Part shown: piece by piece, positions 1-12,439 of the stretch
How positions within the stretch are numbered: position 1 is the first letter of the stretch
Layout of the letters: each line of letters begins with the position of its first letter
Source of the DNA: Alphaproteobacteria bacterium
GTDB lineage: Bacteria; Pseudomonadota; Alphaproteobacteria; RF32; CAG-239
NCBI GenBank assembly: GCA_045590955.1
Contig: JAZNSB010000059.1
Coordinates: 2,760-66,759, forward strand
Length of the DNA stretch: 64,000 nt
Direction: 5' to 3'
Program-made: the position numbers and the translations under genes
Notes under the pieces: model-generated
The model's database searches: none
Told to the model about the DNA's origin: nothing
The model's input: the letters and a program-made list of their open reading frames with translations, nothing else

Positions 1-634
1 AAGAAGCTCCCATCCAATGGACGGAATATGTTTCCGGCTTAATTAAATCATGAGAAAATTCCATGTCAAAATGAAGCGGATTAAAATAAGTCGGTGGGTA
101 AATTGTAATATCATCATTTTGCACAACTTCATCTAAGCTTGGCTCTAAATTATACATTTTTTGCAGTATTTGCTTAAAAATCTTGGTAATAATAAAATCA
201 GGGCTTTTCCAAATTTCTTCCTGATAAAAATCAACCATCTCTTTGATAAGGGGATGCCCTTTTTCTGCACCAAACACTGCCATTTCAGGTATGTTATTCA
301 AACAATTACCAATGAACATTTTATGTTGTAAAAAGGGCGCAAAATCTTTATAAACTGTAACATCCGTATCCAAATAAACTCCGCCATGATCATAAACGGC
401 CTTAACTCGCATATAATCGGCAACATAAGCCCACATTTTAAGATCATATACTGTTTTGAACCAAACATTGTGTTCATATTCATATTCATAATCAAACCAT
501 TGTTTTGATTTTTCGTTAAGCTCTATAATTTCAAATCCTGGCATTTTATCACGCCAGTTTTCAATACAAATGTCTGCCATTCTTGATTTTGGCTCACCAT
601 ATCCCCACACATAAAAAATCCGTTTTGGTATCAT
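1..634 (-). CDS. Glycosyltransferase, GT32-like (DXD-containing sugar-binding domain), partial; the N-terminus lies in the window and the C-terminus runs off the window start
   Basis: Manual reverse-complement translation from the ATG at 634 gives MIPKRIFYVWGYGEPKSRMADICIENWRDKMPGFEIIELNE...VYLDTDVTV..., and the frame stays open to position 1. YVWGxG plus the DTD (DXD) motif are typical of Gly_transf_sug / capsule synthesis transferases. The ORF track omits it because it has no stop inside the window. Confidence 0.55.
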   Translation of the reverse strand, partial: MIPKRIFYVWGYGEPKSRMADICIENWRDKMPGFEIIELNEKSKQWFDYEYEYEHNVWFKTVYDLKMWAYVADYMRVKAVYDHGGVYLDTDVTVYKDFAPFLQHKMFIGNCLNNIPEMAVFGAEKGHPLIKEMVDFYQEEIWKSPDFIITKIFKQILQKMYNLEPSLDEVVQNDDITIYPPTYFNPLHFDMEFSHDLIKPETYSVHWMGAS

Positions 635-662
635 TTATTTTTTCCTTTATAATTCATAAAAT

Positions 663-1412
663 TTATAACTCGCCTTTTTGCCATTTTTCATCATAAATTA
701 ATGGAGGAAGTCCATGCCAATCAATACTTCTTTTTTTAACCTGAGCTGGCACACCTACTATTAAACAGTTTTGTTCCGTAAATTTTTTTGTAACAACAGA
801 TGCTATTCCGACAATACAATTATTGGGAATTTGAGCATTTTTTGTGATTGTAACACGTTCCCCCAACCATACATGATCTCCAACTACAATTGGTGTTGTT
901 GGCAAATTTATACATTTTTTGGTTTTTGCATCTAACACGCTATGGCCATCTCCCCAAACTTTTACATTATTGGAAATCATACAATTTTTACCGATTAAAA
1001 CTTCATTACTTATTGAAGCAATAAATAACGAACAGCAGGTAGTCTCTTCACCTATTACAACCTTACAACCATCATCATAACAACCGACATGAAACTCCCC
1101 ACCATTAGCATTCTTAAATTCCACCAAAGAATTATTACCCCCAAAGTTTAATTCAGATCCTGTTAGATTTTTCGGATTTTTAATGGTCAAAACATTTCCA
1201 TCGCCATAAAAAACAACCTTTATTCCCAATTTCCTTTGGGCTTTTTTAGGCGTTAGATAAAATGTTTTGTTATTTTTAATCAATACAATTTTATTGTTTT
1301 TTGGTCTTTGCGCAACCCATATTTTAAAACAAAGAAACCGATAAACTCTAAATGTTTTCATAAAACCAGTTTTAGACATTTTTTTCTTTATTTTTTTTGA
1401 AAACAATCTCAT
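663..1412 (-). CDS. Hexapeptide-repeat (left-handed beta-helix) acyl/acetyltransferase
   Basis: The C-terminal half is full of [LIV]G-x4 hexapeptide repeats (NCMISNNVKVWGDGHSV...IVVGDHVWLGERVTITKNAQIPNNCIVGIASVV). It is tightly linked to the flanking glycosyltransferase genes. Confidence 0.55.
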   Translation of the reverse strand: MRLFSKKIKKKMSKTGFMKTFRVYRFLCFKIWVAQRPKNNKIVLIKNNKTFYLTPKKAQRKLGIKVVFYGDGNVLTIKNPKNLTGSELNFGGNNSLVEFKNANGGEFHVGCYDDGCKVVIGEETTCCSLFIASISNEVLIGKNCMISNNVKVWGDGHSVLDAKTKKCINLPTTPIVVGDHVWLGERVTITKNAQIPNNCIVGIASVVTKKFTEQNCLIVGVPAQVKKRSIDWHGLPPLIYDEKWQKGEL

Positions 1413-1424
1413 ACTTTATACCTA

Positions 1425-1859
1425 CTATTTATTTTGCCATTTTTTTAATATCCAAGAAGAAGAGTTTGTTTTATTGTCTCCACCAACACCAAAAACCAAA
1501 TCAACACCACATTCTTGGCATGTTTTTATCTCTGGTATATTATCTTTTCCTCGGTCGCCTCCATTTGCAAACACAAGCCTGTCATTTGGAAACATCTTGC
1601 GCACTTTACAAATTCCGTCAGAAGCAGAATTATCTCTATCATCAAAATCAATTGCACAAATCACACCTTTTAAGTTTTCACAAATTGTTTGTCTTGTTTT
1701 AAATGATTGAAAATTTCTGCCTTTTTTTCTACACAACCATTCATCAGAATTAACCAATACAACAACACCATCACTTGCCTCTGCAGAAGCTTTAATCATA
1801 GCAATATGACCTTCATGAATTGGATCAAACCCTCCGCTTACAATATAATAAGTTGCCAT
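1425..1859 (-). CDS. Sugar-phosphate nucleotidyltransferase (cytidylyl/adenylyltransferase fold, RfaE-domain-II / TagD-like)
   Basis: [23 protein letters not shown] carries the GxFDxxHxGH signature, with the later LVNSDEW and FANGGDRG motifs. The most likely start is the ATG at 1859, overlapping the upstream gene's stop by 1 nt (TAATG coupling). Confidence 0.6.
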   Translation of the reverse strand: MATYYIVSGGFDPIHEGHIAMIKASAEASDGVVVLVNSDEWLCRKKGRNFQSFKTRQTICENLKGVICAIDFDDRDNSASDGICKVRKMFPNDRLVFANGGDRGKDNIPEIKTCQECGVDLVFGVGGDNKTNSSSWILKKWQNK

Positions 1860-3883
1860 TATTTTTTTCCTTTCAAACATTCAACAATTTTATCAGAAAT
1901 TATTTCACATGTTTTATCCCAAGAAAACATTTTTGCTCTTTCCAAACCTTTTTTAACATATAGATCTCGCATTTGCTTATCATAATAAAAAGTTTTAAAT
2001 GCTTCCAAAACTTCTTCTTCGTTTTGTTCATCCACCAACAAAGCGGCATCTCCCACCACTTCCGGTAAAGAACTATTATTTGCACAAATAACAGGTGTCC
2101 CCGCCATCATGGCTTCCAGTGGAGGCATACCAAACCCTTCATACAACGACAAGAATATAAAGAACAACGAATGGCTATACAGAATATTCACATCCTCCAC
2201 ATCCACATACCCCAACGGCACAATATATTTGGCATATTTTTCATATTTATCGCCCAGATATTTTTTTAAGCCATCAACCAACTTTTCCTTACCATTTCCA
2301 CCCAATAAAAAATATAAGTCCGTTATGTTGTTTTTATCAATAAAATCAATAAAGTATTTCACACTACCAACAATGTTTTTGCGCTTATCATCCACAGCGC
2401 CCATATAGAAAATATATTTTGCTTCAAGATCCAAACTTGTCTCATATTTTTCAAACACAGCTCGTAATTGAACTGGATCATGCAACACCTTAAAGTCTTG
2501 AGCCGAGGAAATAGGCACAACACAAATATGGTCTTCCTTCATATTATCAAAGTATTTTAGGAAATCTGTTTTACTACAATTAGAATTTGCAAAATAGTAC
2601 GTATAAGGTGACAAATTATGATGGAAATCATAAAATACTTTCGTAAACGCATGTGGAAACCACCCATTATCAAACATCGGCATGGCATCATGCAACATAT
2701 AAAAAGAATTAAAGTGCTCAAACTGATTACTATGCGCAGGATTAAAATAACAATCATAGTTAGCTATGTTAAATTTTAAATTTCTAATGATACGATAATT
2801 TCCTCCTTTACCAAGTCTAAATGCGGGACAAATACTTTTGAGATTTTGAAATACTTTATCCTTTGTATAAAAATCAATTAAATAACTGGAACCTACCAAC
2901 AAGGTCACATCAAAACGCTCATCTTGTGCAAACTGTCTCAATAGATTATAGGCCACCCAATAGATACCACGCTTAACCTTTTCATCTTGATCCCCTAAAC
3001 GCAAAACTTCGGCATCAAAAAGCAATTTAATTTTTTTACCGACAGCTGAAAAGGATAATTTTTTCATTAATTCTGACAGCCGTCTTGAAGAATCCGAGTT
3101 GGGATAAATCTTATTTCTGCGCGTCGCATAAACATCTTCTATCAACCGATTAAGAAACAGATTCTTATCCTCCTCACTAATAGGATATTTATTAGGCAAT
3201 TCAGCAACAATGGTAATATACTTTATATAGTCCGCAACTTGTTCAACAGACCAAAAATCAGAATTCAAGCTTCCTTCTCTACGCATATAGTAATACTGAG
3301 CACAATCCATCACCTCTATTTTTTTGGCACAAAAAACAGCGTGAATTAAAAAGCTTGGATCTTCTCCCACCAACAAACCAGCCGGAAATTCTATATTATT
3401 TTTTACAATCAGTTCTTTTTTAAAAATTGCTGTTGTATATTGCCCTAAAAATTGATACTTATTAAGACGAATTCTACAATTAAAACAATCAATCACTTCT
3501 TTTCCATCTGGATAACGTATCTTGAGATCTGCCCCCTTCACAATATCTGCATCAGTTTCTTTGGCTTTGTTATACAGTTTTTCATAAAAATCCGGATCTA
3601 CAAAATCATCAGAATCAACAAACCCCAGATATTCACCTTGGGATTTCTCAATGGCCGTATTTCTTGCCACGGCTGCTCCATGATTTTTTTCAAAATCAAT
3701 TATTTTAATTCTGTTATCTTTTCCAGCATATTCTTGTAACAACTGCAAAGAAGCGTCTGTAGAACAATCATTCACACAAATAATTTCAATATCGGCAAGT
3801 GTCTGAGCAAGCAAACTGTCCAGACACTTTGACAGATATTTTTCTGTATTATAAACCGGAACAATAACAGAAACTTTGATCAT
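1859..3883 (-). CDS. Two-domain glycosyltransferase: N-terminal GT2 (GT-A) fused to C-terminal GT1 (GT-B)
   Basis: The N-terminus reads [43 protein letters not shown]...FVDSDDF (GT2, DxD). The C-terminus reads [31 protein letters not shown] (GT1 EX7E-like region). Total length is 674 aa. Confidence 0.7.
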   Translation of the reverse strand: MIKVSVIVPVYNTEKYLSKCLDSLLAQTLADIEIICVNDCSTDASLQLLQEYAGKDNRIKIIDFEKNHGAAVARNTAIEKSQGEYLGFVDSDDFVDPDFYEKLYNKAKETDADIVKGADLKIRYPDGKEVIDCFNCRIRLNKYQFLGQYTTAIFKKELIVKNNIEFPAGLLVGEDPSFLIHAVFCAKKIEVMDCAQYYYMRREGSLNSDFWSVEQVADYIKYITIVAELPNKYPISEEDKNLFLNRLIEDVYATRRNKIYPNSDSSRRLSELMKKLSFSAVGKKIKLLFDAEVLRLGDQDEKVKRGIYWVAYNLLRQFAQDERFDVTLLVGSSYLIDFYTKDKVFQNLKSICPAFRLGKGGNYRIIRNLKFNIANYDCYFNPAHSNQFEHFNSFYMLHDAMPMFDNGWFPHAFTKVFYDFHHNLSPYTYYFANSNCSKTDFLKYFDNMKEDHICVVPISSAQDFKVLHDPVQLRAVFEKYETSLDLEAKYIFYMGAVDDKRKNIVGSVKYFIDFIDKNNITDLYFLLGGNGKEKLVDGLKKYLGDKYEKYAKYIVPLGYVDVEDVNILYSHSLFFIFLSLYEGFGMPPLEAMMAGTPVICANNSSLPEVVGDAALLVDEQNEEEVLEAFKTFYYDKQMRDLYVKKGLERAKMFSWDKTCEIISDKIVECLKGKK

Positions 3884-3884
3884 A

Positions 3885-4358
3885 TTATTTTACCTGCTGT
3901 TCTCTGATTTTTGTTTCTTCTTTAGAATAACCGATAGAATCTTTTTCCGGTGTCCAACCAGTATCTTCTTTTACTTCATGGATAGGGTCTGCCAACAAAA
4001 GCTCTTGAGCATCATTATATTCTGACAAGGTCATTACAAAGTTTGCATCTTTTGCAATTTTTGCATCAATTTCTGCTTGCGCATCAGTTTCTTCTGCCGG
4101 CAATAAAATTTCTTTTTCTTTCATTGCATCAATAAGATTCTGCAAATTTTGCTTTACATCATCACCTGCGCCCAATTCTTTTAATTTTGCACATATATTT
4201 TCTTGGCTTACACCTTTGATAATGTTTTCAAACACTACTGTTGCCAAAGAATTCATTCCATAATAAATTCCTGTTTCGCTATTAATGATAATTGCCATAT
4301 CATCAGTAATATCCGCAAACATTTTTTCTTCATTTAATTGATAAGTTGTCATTTTCAC
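3885..4358 (-). CDS. PqqD-family (RiPP recognition element, RRE) protein with an acidic C-terminal extension
   Basis: The N-terminal 90 aa (YQLNEEKMFADITDDMAIIINSETGIYYGMNSLATVVFENIIKGVSQENICAKLKELGAGDDVKQNLQNLIDAMKEKEILL) follow the PqqD/RRE pattern of a beta-strand, xETGxyyxLN, then a winged-helix segment with an acidic patch. It sits 1 nt upstream of the GT gene and 7 nt downstream of the kinase-like gene. Confidence 0.5.
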   Translation of the reverse strand: MKMTTYQLNEEKMFADITDDMAIIINSETGIYYGMNSLATVVFENIIKGVSQENICAKLKELGAGDDVKQNLQNLIDAMKEKEILLPAEETDAQAEIDAKIAKDANFVMTLSEYNDAQELLLADPIHEVKEDTGWTPEKDSIGYSKEETKIREQQVK

Positions 4359-4365
4359 TCCTTTT

Positions 4366-5478
4366 TTAATTTTTTTTCATATTTTCACAAAATTGTCTCA
4401 AACATTTTACGTTTTCATTTATATCAGGACAAAGATTTATCTGATAAAACTTAAAATCTTTTAAGAAACCGATTAATTTTTGTATTGTTTTAATATCATG
4501 TGCATCTTGTGTCTGTTTTACTGTAGAATGTATCAATTGAGTAATTGCTCTGCCTTTTTTGCATTCCACAATAGATGGTTTTTCATCAGGCACAATTTCA
4601 GGGAACATACAAACTTTTATCGGATATTTATCTTTAAATTGGTTATGATATGCATCAATGTTTATTACATATTTGTCTTTTCTGGCATTATTGCACACAA
4701 ACTTTCCTTTAATATCATCATAAAGTTTGCCATACATCTTTGGAGACAAAGTAATAATTGAATAAATCGGATAAGAATATAAGTTTTGACCTTCTTTTTG
4801 CAAAATCAAATAATCATCTGAAACATATTCAAAGCCCTGCATCATGGCAAGCACGGCCAAAGTTGATTTACCTCTTTGTCCTCTGGCACAAAACAAAATT
4901 CCGTTATTATCCAAACCAACCACGGCACCATGCACCAAATTTGTTGTTTCCGTCTTCAAAATTTTATTAAACATTTGCACAAAAATATGACCTTGTTTAA
5001 TAAATTCTTCAAAGCTAAGATCTTTTACACCATAGTAATATGTATTTGTTTCAACATCATGAGCTTCAACAAAACCTTCTGGCATAAACCTGACCACCGG
5101 ATTATGTTTACTGTATTGTTCACACATCCATTCAACTTGCATTACTCCACCGGTAGCTTTGGTTAGCACCTGCTCCAATCTAAACCTTGTTTTAAGCGCT
5201 TCATTATTTTGTATTATTTCTTTTGTCAAAGAAATTGTATCTTTTTCATTCCACAACACAATTGTTGCAACGCAATCAAGCTTTTCATCTGTCATACTAT
5301 AAGATATCTGACGTTGCATCAACGGCAAAAAATCTTGATGATAAGACACAATCTTTACGTTAACAGGACCAAGCTTTACATATTTTTCAAAAGCAACTTC
5401 AGCATTTTTTTCAATATGCTGTCTCAAATTATCAATATAAGTCTTTATCTTAATCAAATTGTTTTCAGTTACCCTCAT
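4366..5478 (-). CDS. HPr-kinase C-terminal-domain-like P-loop protein (serine kinase-like)
   Basis: VHGAVVGLDNNGILFCARGQRGKSTLAVLAMMQGFEYVSDDYLIL parallels the HprK_C core (lHGvlv..G.GvLi.G.SG.GKSelaLeLi.rGh.LvaDD). The N-terminal 200 aa are unrelated to HprK. Confidence 0.5.
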   Translation of the reverse strand: MRVTENNLIKIKTYIDNLRQHIEKNAEVAFEKYVKLGPVNVKIVSYHQDFLPLMQRQISYSMTDEKLDCVATIVLWNEKDTISLTKEIIQNNEALKTRFRLEQVLTKATGGVMQVEWMCEQYSKHNPVVRFMPEGFVEAHDVETNTYYYGVKDLSFEEFIKQGHIFVQMFNKILKTETTNLVHGAVVGLDNNGILFCARGQRGKSTLAVLAMMQGFEYVSDDYLILQKEGQNLYSYPIYSIITLSPKMYGKLYDDIKGKFVCNNARKDKYVINIDAYHNQFKDKYPIKVCMFPEIVPDEKPSIVECKKGRAITQLIHSTVKQTQDAHDIKTIQKLIGFLKDFKFYQINLCPDINENVKCLRQFCENMKKN

Positions 5479-5479
5479 A

Positions 5480-6628
5480 TTATCCCCTATATATTTTCAA
5501 TACTAAATTTATAAGCTTTGGACTTTTATAGATTCTTTTACATATAAAATGTTTTGGCTTATACTTAACCCACTGTTTTAGCTCCTCAAAACTTTTCAAT
5601 GCATTTTTCAGCCTCAATTTTTTACACTTCATTTTTGCTTCATAAACAAACTTTTTATAAAAGAAAACTTTTTCATAATAAGGATATGTTTTCTTGTGCA
5701 AATCTTCATCATTTACAAACTCTGACAAAAAGCCGGGCAAAAGCATTCCAACAAACTTTGCAGCTAAAAACATTGGTGTCAGCGCATTAAAATTAATAGC
5801 AAGTTTTTTTACTTTATTTATATCAAATCCTTCTTGCGACATTAAAAACTGACAGTCAAAAATTGTGAAAAGCACTCCGGAAATTGAACAATTTCTATGC
5901 AAATTTTTTGTCAAATTACATAAAGCAATCAGAAACAAAACTTCATTGTCGGGCACTAATGTTTGTGTTCCAAAAACATTAGTTTGACGAGCACCGTCCA
6001 ACAGCATTGACAAATACTTTTTATCATAATCAATATCCAAATCCAAAAATCTGTGAATATCCAAAATTCCGGCGTCTGACCCAGGCAAATGCAAATCCAC
6101 ACTGTGAGCACCCTCTTCCTGCTCTGCTTCATATCCCATATCTCTGGCAATTTCCAAAGATTTTTCATATTTTGCATTATCCAAAATCAAAACATCAATA
6201 TCGCCCATATGCCTTGGCAAATCAAACCTCAGATGTTTCATTGCGCCACCTTTTATTATCATCGGCACAATATCGTGTTCGTTTAATTTTTTACAAATTT
6301 TTGTATAGTGAGCAAGCAATCCCAAATTTGCAAACCTAAAGAAATTCATCACACCGTTTAATCTGGGCAAAATTTCTTCCGGCCATTTCAGATTCGGATT
6401 CTGTTTTTTAACATATGCCAATAAAAGAGCTGTTTTGGCATCGTTTTCATCCAACTTCCAAACCTCAAACAATTTATCCAAATTTTCTTGAGTTTTTTCT
6501 TGAACAAACACAAAATCCATCAATCTTTTGTTTTTTGCAGAAACAATTTCTTCATAAAAACACATCAGCAGATTCTTTTCCACATCTGCCGCACTCTTAG
6601 TTTGCTTAAATACATTATCCAAATTCAT
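5480..6628 (-). CDS. Uncharacterised nucleotidyltransferase (PF14907/NTP_transf_5-like)
   Basis: MIIKGGAMKHLRFDLPRHMGDIDVLI has the G[GS]x9-13DxD nucleotidyltransferase signature. Its length and downstream helical region fit the family that co-occurs with PqqD and HprK homologues. It is the first gene of the operon, divergent from ligA. Confidence 0.45.
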   Translation of the reverse strand: MNLDNVFKQTKSAADVEKNLLMCFYEEIVSAKNKRLMDFVFVQEKTQENLDKLFEVWKLDENDAKTALLLAYVKKQNPNLKWPEEILPRLNGVMNFFRFANLGLLAHYTKICKKLNEHDIVPMIIKGGAMKHLRFDLPRHMGDIDVLILDNAKYEKSLEIARDMGYEAEQEEGAHSVDLHLPGSDAGILDIHRFLDLDIDYDKKYLSMLLDGARQTNVFGTQTLVPDNEVLFLIALCNLTKNLHRNCSISGVLFTIFDCQFLMSQEGFDINKVKKLAINFNALTPMFLAAKFVGMLLPGFLSEFVNDEDLHKKTYPYYEKVFFYKKFVYEAKMKCKKLRLKNALKSFEELKQWVKYKPKHFICKRIYKSPKLINLVLKIYRG

Positions 6629-6727
6629 TTTTTAATCCTCGCTCAGCAGAATACTACCCCCTCCGGATTTTTCAAACTTTTTTTTATTTTATTTCAAAGT
6701 TTTGTGGATTAAAAAAAATAATAATGA

Positions 6728-8836
<2,109 letters not shown>

Positions 8837-8837
8837 A

Positions 8838-9200
8838 TTACTTTTTGTTGTTATAAATCTTTTCATCAATAAAAGATTTCATTTTTTCTTTATATTCGGC
8901 ACCCCATTCCAACAAAGAATCAATAATGGGTTTAAGGCTTTTTCCCAAATTAGTAAGTTTATACTCTACTTTTGGTGGAATTTGCGCATATACTTTTCTA
9001 ATCAAAATGCCTTGCTCTTCTAACTTTTTCAAATTAGAAGTTAATACTTTTTGAGTAATATCTCCCAACTCTTTTTTGAGCTCTCCAAATCTTTTTGTTC
9101 CTTGCAATAAGGTCTCTACGATAAGAATTTTCCACTTATCCCCAATTATATCCAAGGCAAATTTTGTTGGGTGATTATTTTCTTTTTCTTTCTTTTCCAC
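8838..9200 (-). CDS. HxlR-family winged-helix transcriptional regulator
   Basis: DIIGDKWKILIVETLLQGTKRFGELKKELGDITQKVLTSNLKKLEEQGILIRKVY is the canonical HxlR HTH. Confidence 0.75.
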   Translation of the reverse strand: MEKKEKENNHPTKFALDIIGDKWKILIVETLLQGTKRFGELKKELGDITQKVLTSNLKKLEEQGILIRKVYAQIPPKVEYKLTNLGKSLKPIIDSLLEWGAEYKEKMKSFIDEKIYNNKK

Positions 9201-9342
9201 TATTTTTTCACCTGACTAAAATGCAGAAAACATATTATAGTATCTTTTAGAAACTAAGGCTTTCTAAAGTGCCTACTTTACGAAATACGATATATGACTA
9301 TAGTTAGCAAGTCAAATAAAAATTAAAACAAGAAGGAAAAAA

Positions 9343-10599
9343 ATGAAAAAAAATTACAAATTAGCATTACTGTGCACTGCCGGCGCATTAATAATGAGCA
9401 ATGTAGCTCATGCAAGCGGTTATCAGTTAAATGAATTTTCTGCCACAGGATTGGGAAGAGCTTTTTCCGGCGCAGGTATTGTTGGCGACGACTATTCTGC
9501 CATTGCGTTTAACCCTGCAGGCATGATGTTAAAAGATTCCGGCATCCAAGGCGGATTAACCTCTGTTCAGATGCATTCAAACGTAACCGGAGAAATTGAA
9601 TCTACCATCCCTTACCCCAATACTCCAAACGGACGTATGAATTTATGGAAGGCTTTACCACACTTTTTCGGACAATACAAATTAAACGACAAAACCAGAG
9701 TTGGTTTGGGCGTATATTCTCCGTTTGGTTTGGCATCAGTATATAACTATAATTGGTTTGGTGCGGGACACGGCACAAAAACAGAATTGGAAGTTGTAGA
9801 TGTTGCTGCAGCTTTGGCATATCAAATAGATCCCAAAGTAAGCATTGGTGGTTCTGTGATTTACAGATATGTTCATGGCAACCTTATCAATGCTTTTACA
9901 AAAAGCGGATACTTTTTTCCCGGCACTGTAAACCAAATGGACTTAGACGGCTGGGATTTTGCATATAGCTTTGGCCTTATGTTTGAACCCGTAAAAGGCA
10001 CACGTTTTGGTGCATCATACAGAATAAACAATGCACATACCGTAAAAGGTCAAAACAAAATTTATGGATTGACCACACCTCCGTTTAGCGCATTAAACGG
10101 TATTTATGAAGGTCGTTCTACCATGACTTTGCCGGACACATTAACATTGTCTGCTTTTCATAAGTTGAACGACAAAATTGACCTAACGGCAACAGCCAGA
10201 TACACACGTTGGTCTGTATTTGACGACTTTGTAATGCAAACAACTGCCGGTGGCGGATCTGTTGTAAGAATTCCGGAACGTTGGGGCAATGTATGGACAT
10301 ATTCTTTAGGTATGGATTACCATTACAACGACAACTGGACATTCAGAACCGGTGTTGCCTATGACCCAACTCCAATCAGAAACTCAACATTCCGCACAGC
10401 CAGAATTCCTGATTCTGACAGATTTTGGGTAACTGTTGGTACCAGCTATAAAAAAGACAACATGCAATTTGACCTCGGATATTCCCACCTGTTTATGCGC
10501 ACAGGCAGATCAAACAATACATACGAAGGCTTAACATTGCATACACGTCATGAAAATTACAGCAACATGATTGGAGCGCAAATTCAATATAATTTCTAA
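9343..10599 (+). CDS. fadL: FadL/OmpP1-family outer-membrane transporter for hydrophobic compounds
   Basis: A signal peptide is followed by the conserved N-terminal hatch motif GYQLNEFSATGLGRAFSGAG. The protein is 418 aa with a C-terminal aromatic residue (…QYNF). Confidence 0.75.
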   Translation: MKKNYKLALLCTAGALIMSNVAHASGYQLNEFSATGLGRAFSGAGIVGDDYSAIAFNPAGMMLKDSGIQGGLTSVQMHSNVTGEIESTIPYPNTPNGRMNLWKALPHFFGQYKLNDKTRVGLGVYSPFGLASVYNYNWFGAGHGTKTELEVVDVAAALAYQIDPKVSIGGSVIYRYVHGNLINAFTKSGYFFPGTVNQMDLDGWDFAYSFGLMFEPVKGTRFGASYRINNAHTVKGQNKIYGLTTPPFSALNGIYEGRSTMTLPDTLTLSAFHKLNDKIDLTATARYTRWSVFDDFVMQTTAGGGSVVRIPERWGNVWTYSLGMDYHYNDNWTFRTGVAYDPTPIRNSTFRTARIPDSDRFWVTVGTSYKKDNMQFDLGYSHLFMRTGRSNNTYEGLTLHTRHENYSNMIGAQIQYNF

Positions 10600-10620
10600 T
10601 CATTTCTGTTATAGCGCTCA

Positions 10621-10657
10621 AACACCCTTTGCTTAACATCAAAGGGTGTTTTTGTTT
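10621..10657 (+). terminator. Rho-independent terminator downstream of fadL
   Basis: aacaccctttg-cttaacat-caaagggtgtt forms an 11-bp perfect stem, followed by tttgttt. Confidence 0.7.
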
Positions 10658-10732
10658 GGCATAATTTGTGCAATTTTGTTGAAAAGCAATAAAAAATCAA
10701 CTAAATTAAATAAAATTTTTTAGGAAAAACAC

Positions 10733-11392
10733 ATGATTGCAAAATTAACAGGAACCATAGATTTTATTGGAGCAGAAAGCATTATCCTAGATGTAAACGG
10801 AGTTGGATATCTGGTTTTTTGCACCTCAAGAACTCTCGGCAGATTAACAAAAGGAACAATTATCTCCCTATATACAGAAACCGTTGTTAGAGAAGATAGT
10901 ATCACAATATACGGCTTTGCCGATATGTTGGAAAAAGAGTGGTTCCTAACCTTAACCAAAGTTCAAGGCGTAGGATCAAAAGTAGGACTGAGCATTTTAT
11001 CATCTGCAAGTTGCACAGAGCTGTCTCAAGCACTTGTTGTTCAAGACAAAAACATATTCGCCAGAGCCAACGGTGTAGGTCCTAAACTTGCCCAAAGAAT
11101 TGTTACGGAATTAAAAGATAAAATTGTTCAGCTACCGCTTGGAGCTCAAAAATCAGATTTGGGTAATGCCTTAAATATAGGCACCACAGATTCTCTGTCG
11201 GCTCCAATACCGGAAGAAACATATTCTGACCCCACAGCCATGGAAGATGCCATTTCTGCGCTTGTCAACTTAGGATACCAAAAAATAGAAGCATATCGCG
11301 CCGTTAATTTAGCGGCCAAAAACAACCCTCAGGCTGATATGCAAGAACTAATAAAACAAGCACTAAAAGAATTTGTTAAAAAGGAGTTTTAA
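10733..11392 (+). CDS. ruvA: Holliday junction DNA helicase RuvA
   Basis: MIAKLTGTIDFIGAESIILDVNGVGYLVFCTSRTL... is the typical RuvA N-terminus, followed by HhH domains. Confidence 0.9.
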   Translation: MIAKLTGTIDFIGAESIILDVNGVGYLVFCTSRTLGRLTKGTIISLYTETVVREDSITIYGFADMLEKEWFLTLTKVQGVGSKVGLSILSSASCTELSQALVVQDKNIFARANGVGPKLAQRIVTELKDKIVQLPLGAQKSDLGNALNIGTTDSLSAPIPEETYSDPTAMEDAISALVNLGYQKIEAYRAVNLAAKNNPQADMQELIKQALKEFVKKEF

Positions 11393-11395
11393 TAT

Positions 11396-12436
11396 ATGGA
11401 AGAAAGACTTGTAAGCCCTAATACGCTTGAAGAAGACAATTCAGAGATTAATACTCCGATAAACCTTCGTCCAAACAAATTAAGCGAATTTGTCGGACAA
11501 CAACAGGTTTGTGAAAATCTGCAAGTGTTTATTCAATCTGCAAAATCAAGAAATGAGGCTTTGGACCACACTTTATTTTTTGGACCTCCCGGACTTGGCA
11601 AAACCACGCTTGCCGGCATTGTTGCCAAAGAACTTGGTGTAAACTTTAAAGCAACTTCAGCCCCCATGATTACAAAATCTGGAGATTTAGCTGCCATTTT
11701 AACCAATCTTGAAGCAAATGATGTTTTGTTTATTGATGAAATTCATCGCCTCAATCCGGCAATTGAAGAAGTTTTATATTCTGCAATGGAAGATTTTCAG
11801 CTTGATTTGATTATTGGCGAAGGTCCTTCTGCCAGATCTGTAAAAATAGATCTTAAACCATTTACATTAATCGGGGCCACCACCCGCTCAGGATTACTTT
11901 CTGCTCCATTAAGAGAAAGGTTTGGCATTCCGTTAAGATTAGACTTTTATACACCACAAGAATTAATGCAAATTGTTCAAAGAGGAGCAAACTTGCTTGG
12001 CATCAACATGAATAAAGAAGGAGCTTTAGAAATTGCCAAAAGATCACGTGGCACTCCTCGTGTGGCAGGCAGACTTCTTAAAAGGGTAAGAGATTTTGGA
12101 TTAATATCAAAAGCAAAAACCATAGATGAGCAAATTGCCGATAACGCACTTATGCGTCTTGAAGTAGATAATTATGGTTTAGATTCGTTTGACAGAAGAT
12201 ACCTTGGTTGCATTGTAAAAAATTATGGCGGAGGCCCTGTTGGTGCAGACACACTCGCAGCAGCTCTTTCTGAAGAAAGAGATACAATTGAAGAAGTTAT
12301 TGAACCATTTTTGCTAAAACTTGGATTTATCCAAAGAACCCCCCGGGGCAGAGTAATTTCTGAACTTGGATATTCTTATTTAGGCCTAACACCACTCAAA
12401 AAAACAACAAAGCAGTTTGATTTATTGGAGGATTAA
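11396..12436 (+). CDS. ruvB: Holliday junction DNA helicase RuvB
   Basis: [15 protein letters not shown]...[21 protein letters not shown] (Walker A) and DEIHRL (Walker B). Confidence 0.95.
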   Translation: MEERLVSPNTLEEDNSEINTPINLRPNKLSEFVGQQQVCENLQVFIQSAKSRNEALDHTLFFGPPGLGKTTLAGIVAKELGVNFKATSAPMITKSGDLAAILTNLEANDVLFIDEIHRLNPAIEEVLYSAMEDFQLDLIIGEGPSARSVKIDLKPFTLIGATTRSGLLSAPLRERFGIPLRLDFYTPQELMQIVQRGANLLGINMNKEGALEIAKRSRGTPRVAGRLLKRVRDFGLISKAKTIDEQIADNALMRLEVDNYGLDSFDRRYLGCIVKNYGGGPVGADTLAAALSEERDTIEEVIEPFLLKLGFIQRTPRGRVISELGYSYLGLTPLKKTTKQFDLLED

Positions 12437-12439
12437 ATT

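Noticed and set aside
298-495. 65-aa minus-strand ORF (MIMNMNMN…)
   Set aside because: It is in a different frame from, and wholly inside, the GT32 glycosyltransferase coding region.
1-6628. Interpretation as a complete lasso-peptide biosynthetic cluster
   Set aside because: There is no Asn-synthetase-like cyclase, transglutaminase-like protease, ABC exporter or precursor ORF. Only the PqqD / HprK-like / nucleotidyltransferase accessory set is present, embedded among sugar-modifying enzymes.
9200-9343. Partial inverted repeat (tttagaaa…ctttctaaa) between the HxlR gene and fadL as a defined HxlR operator
   Set aside because: The symmetry is imperfect and short, so it is not called as a feature.
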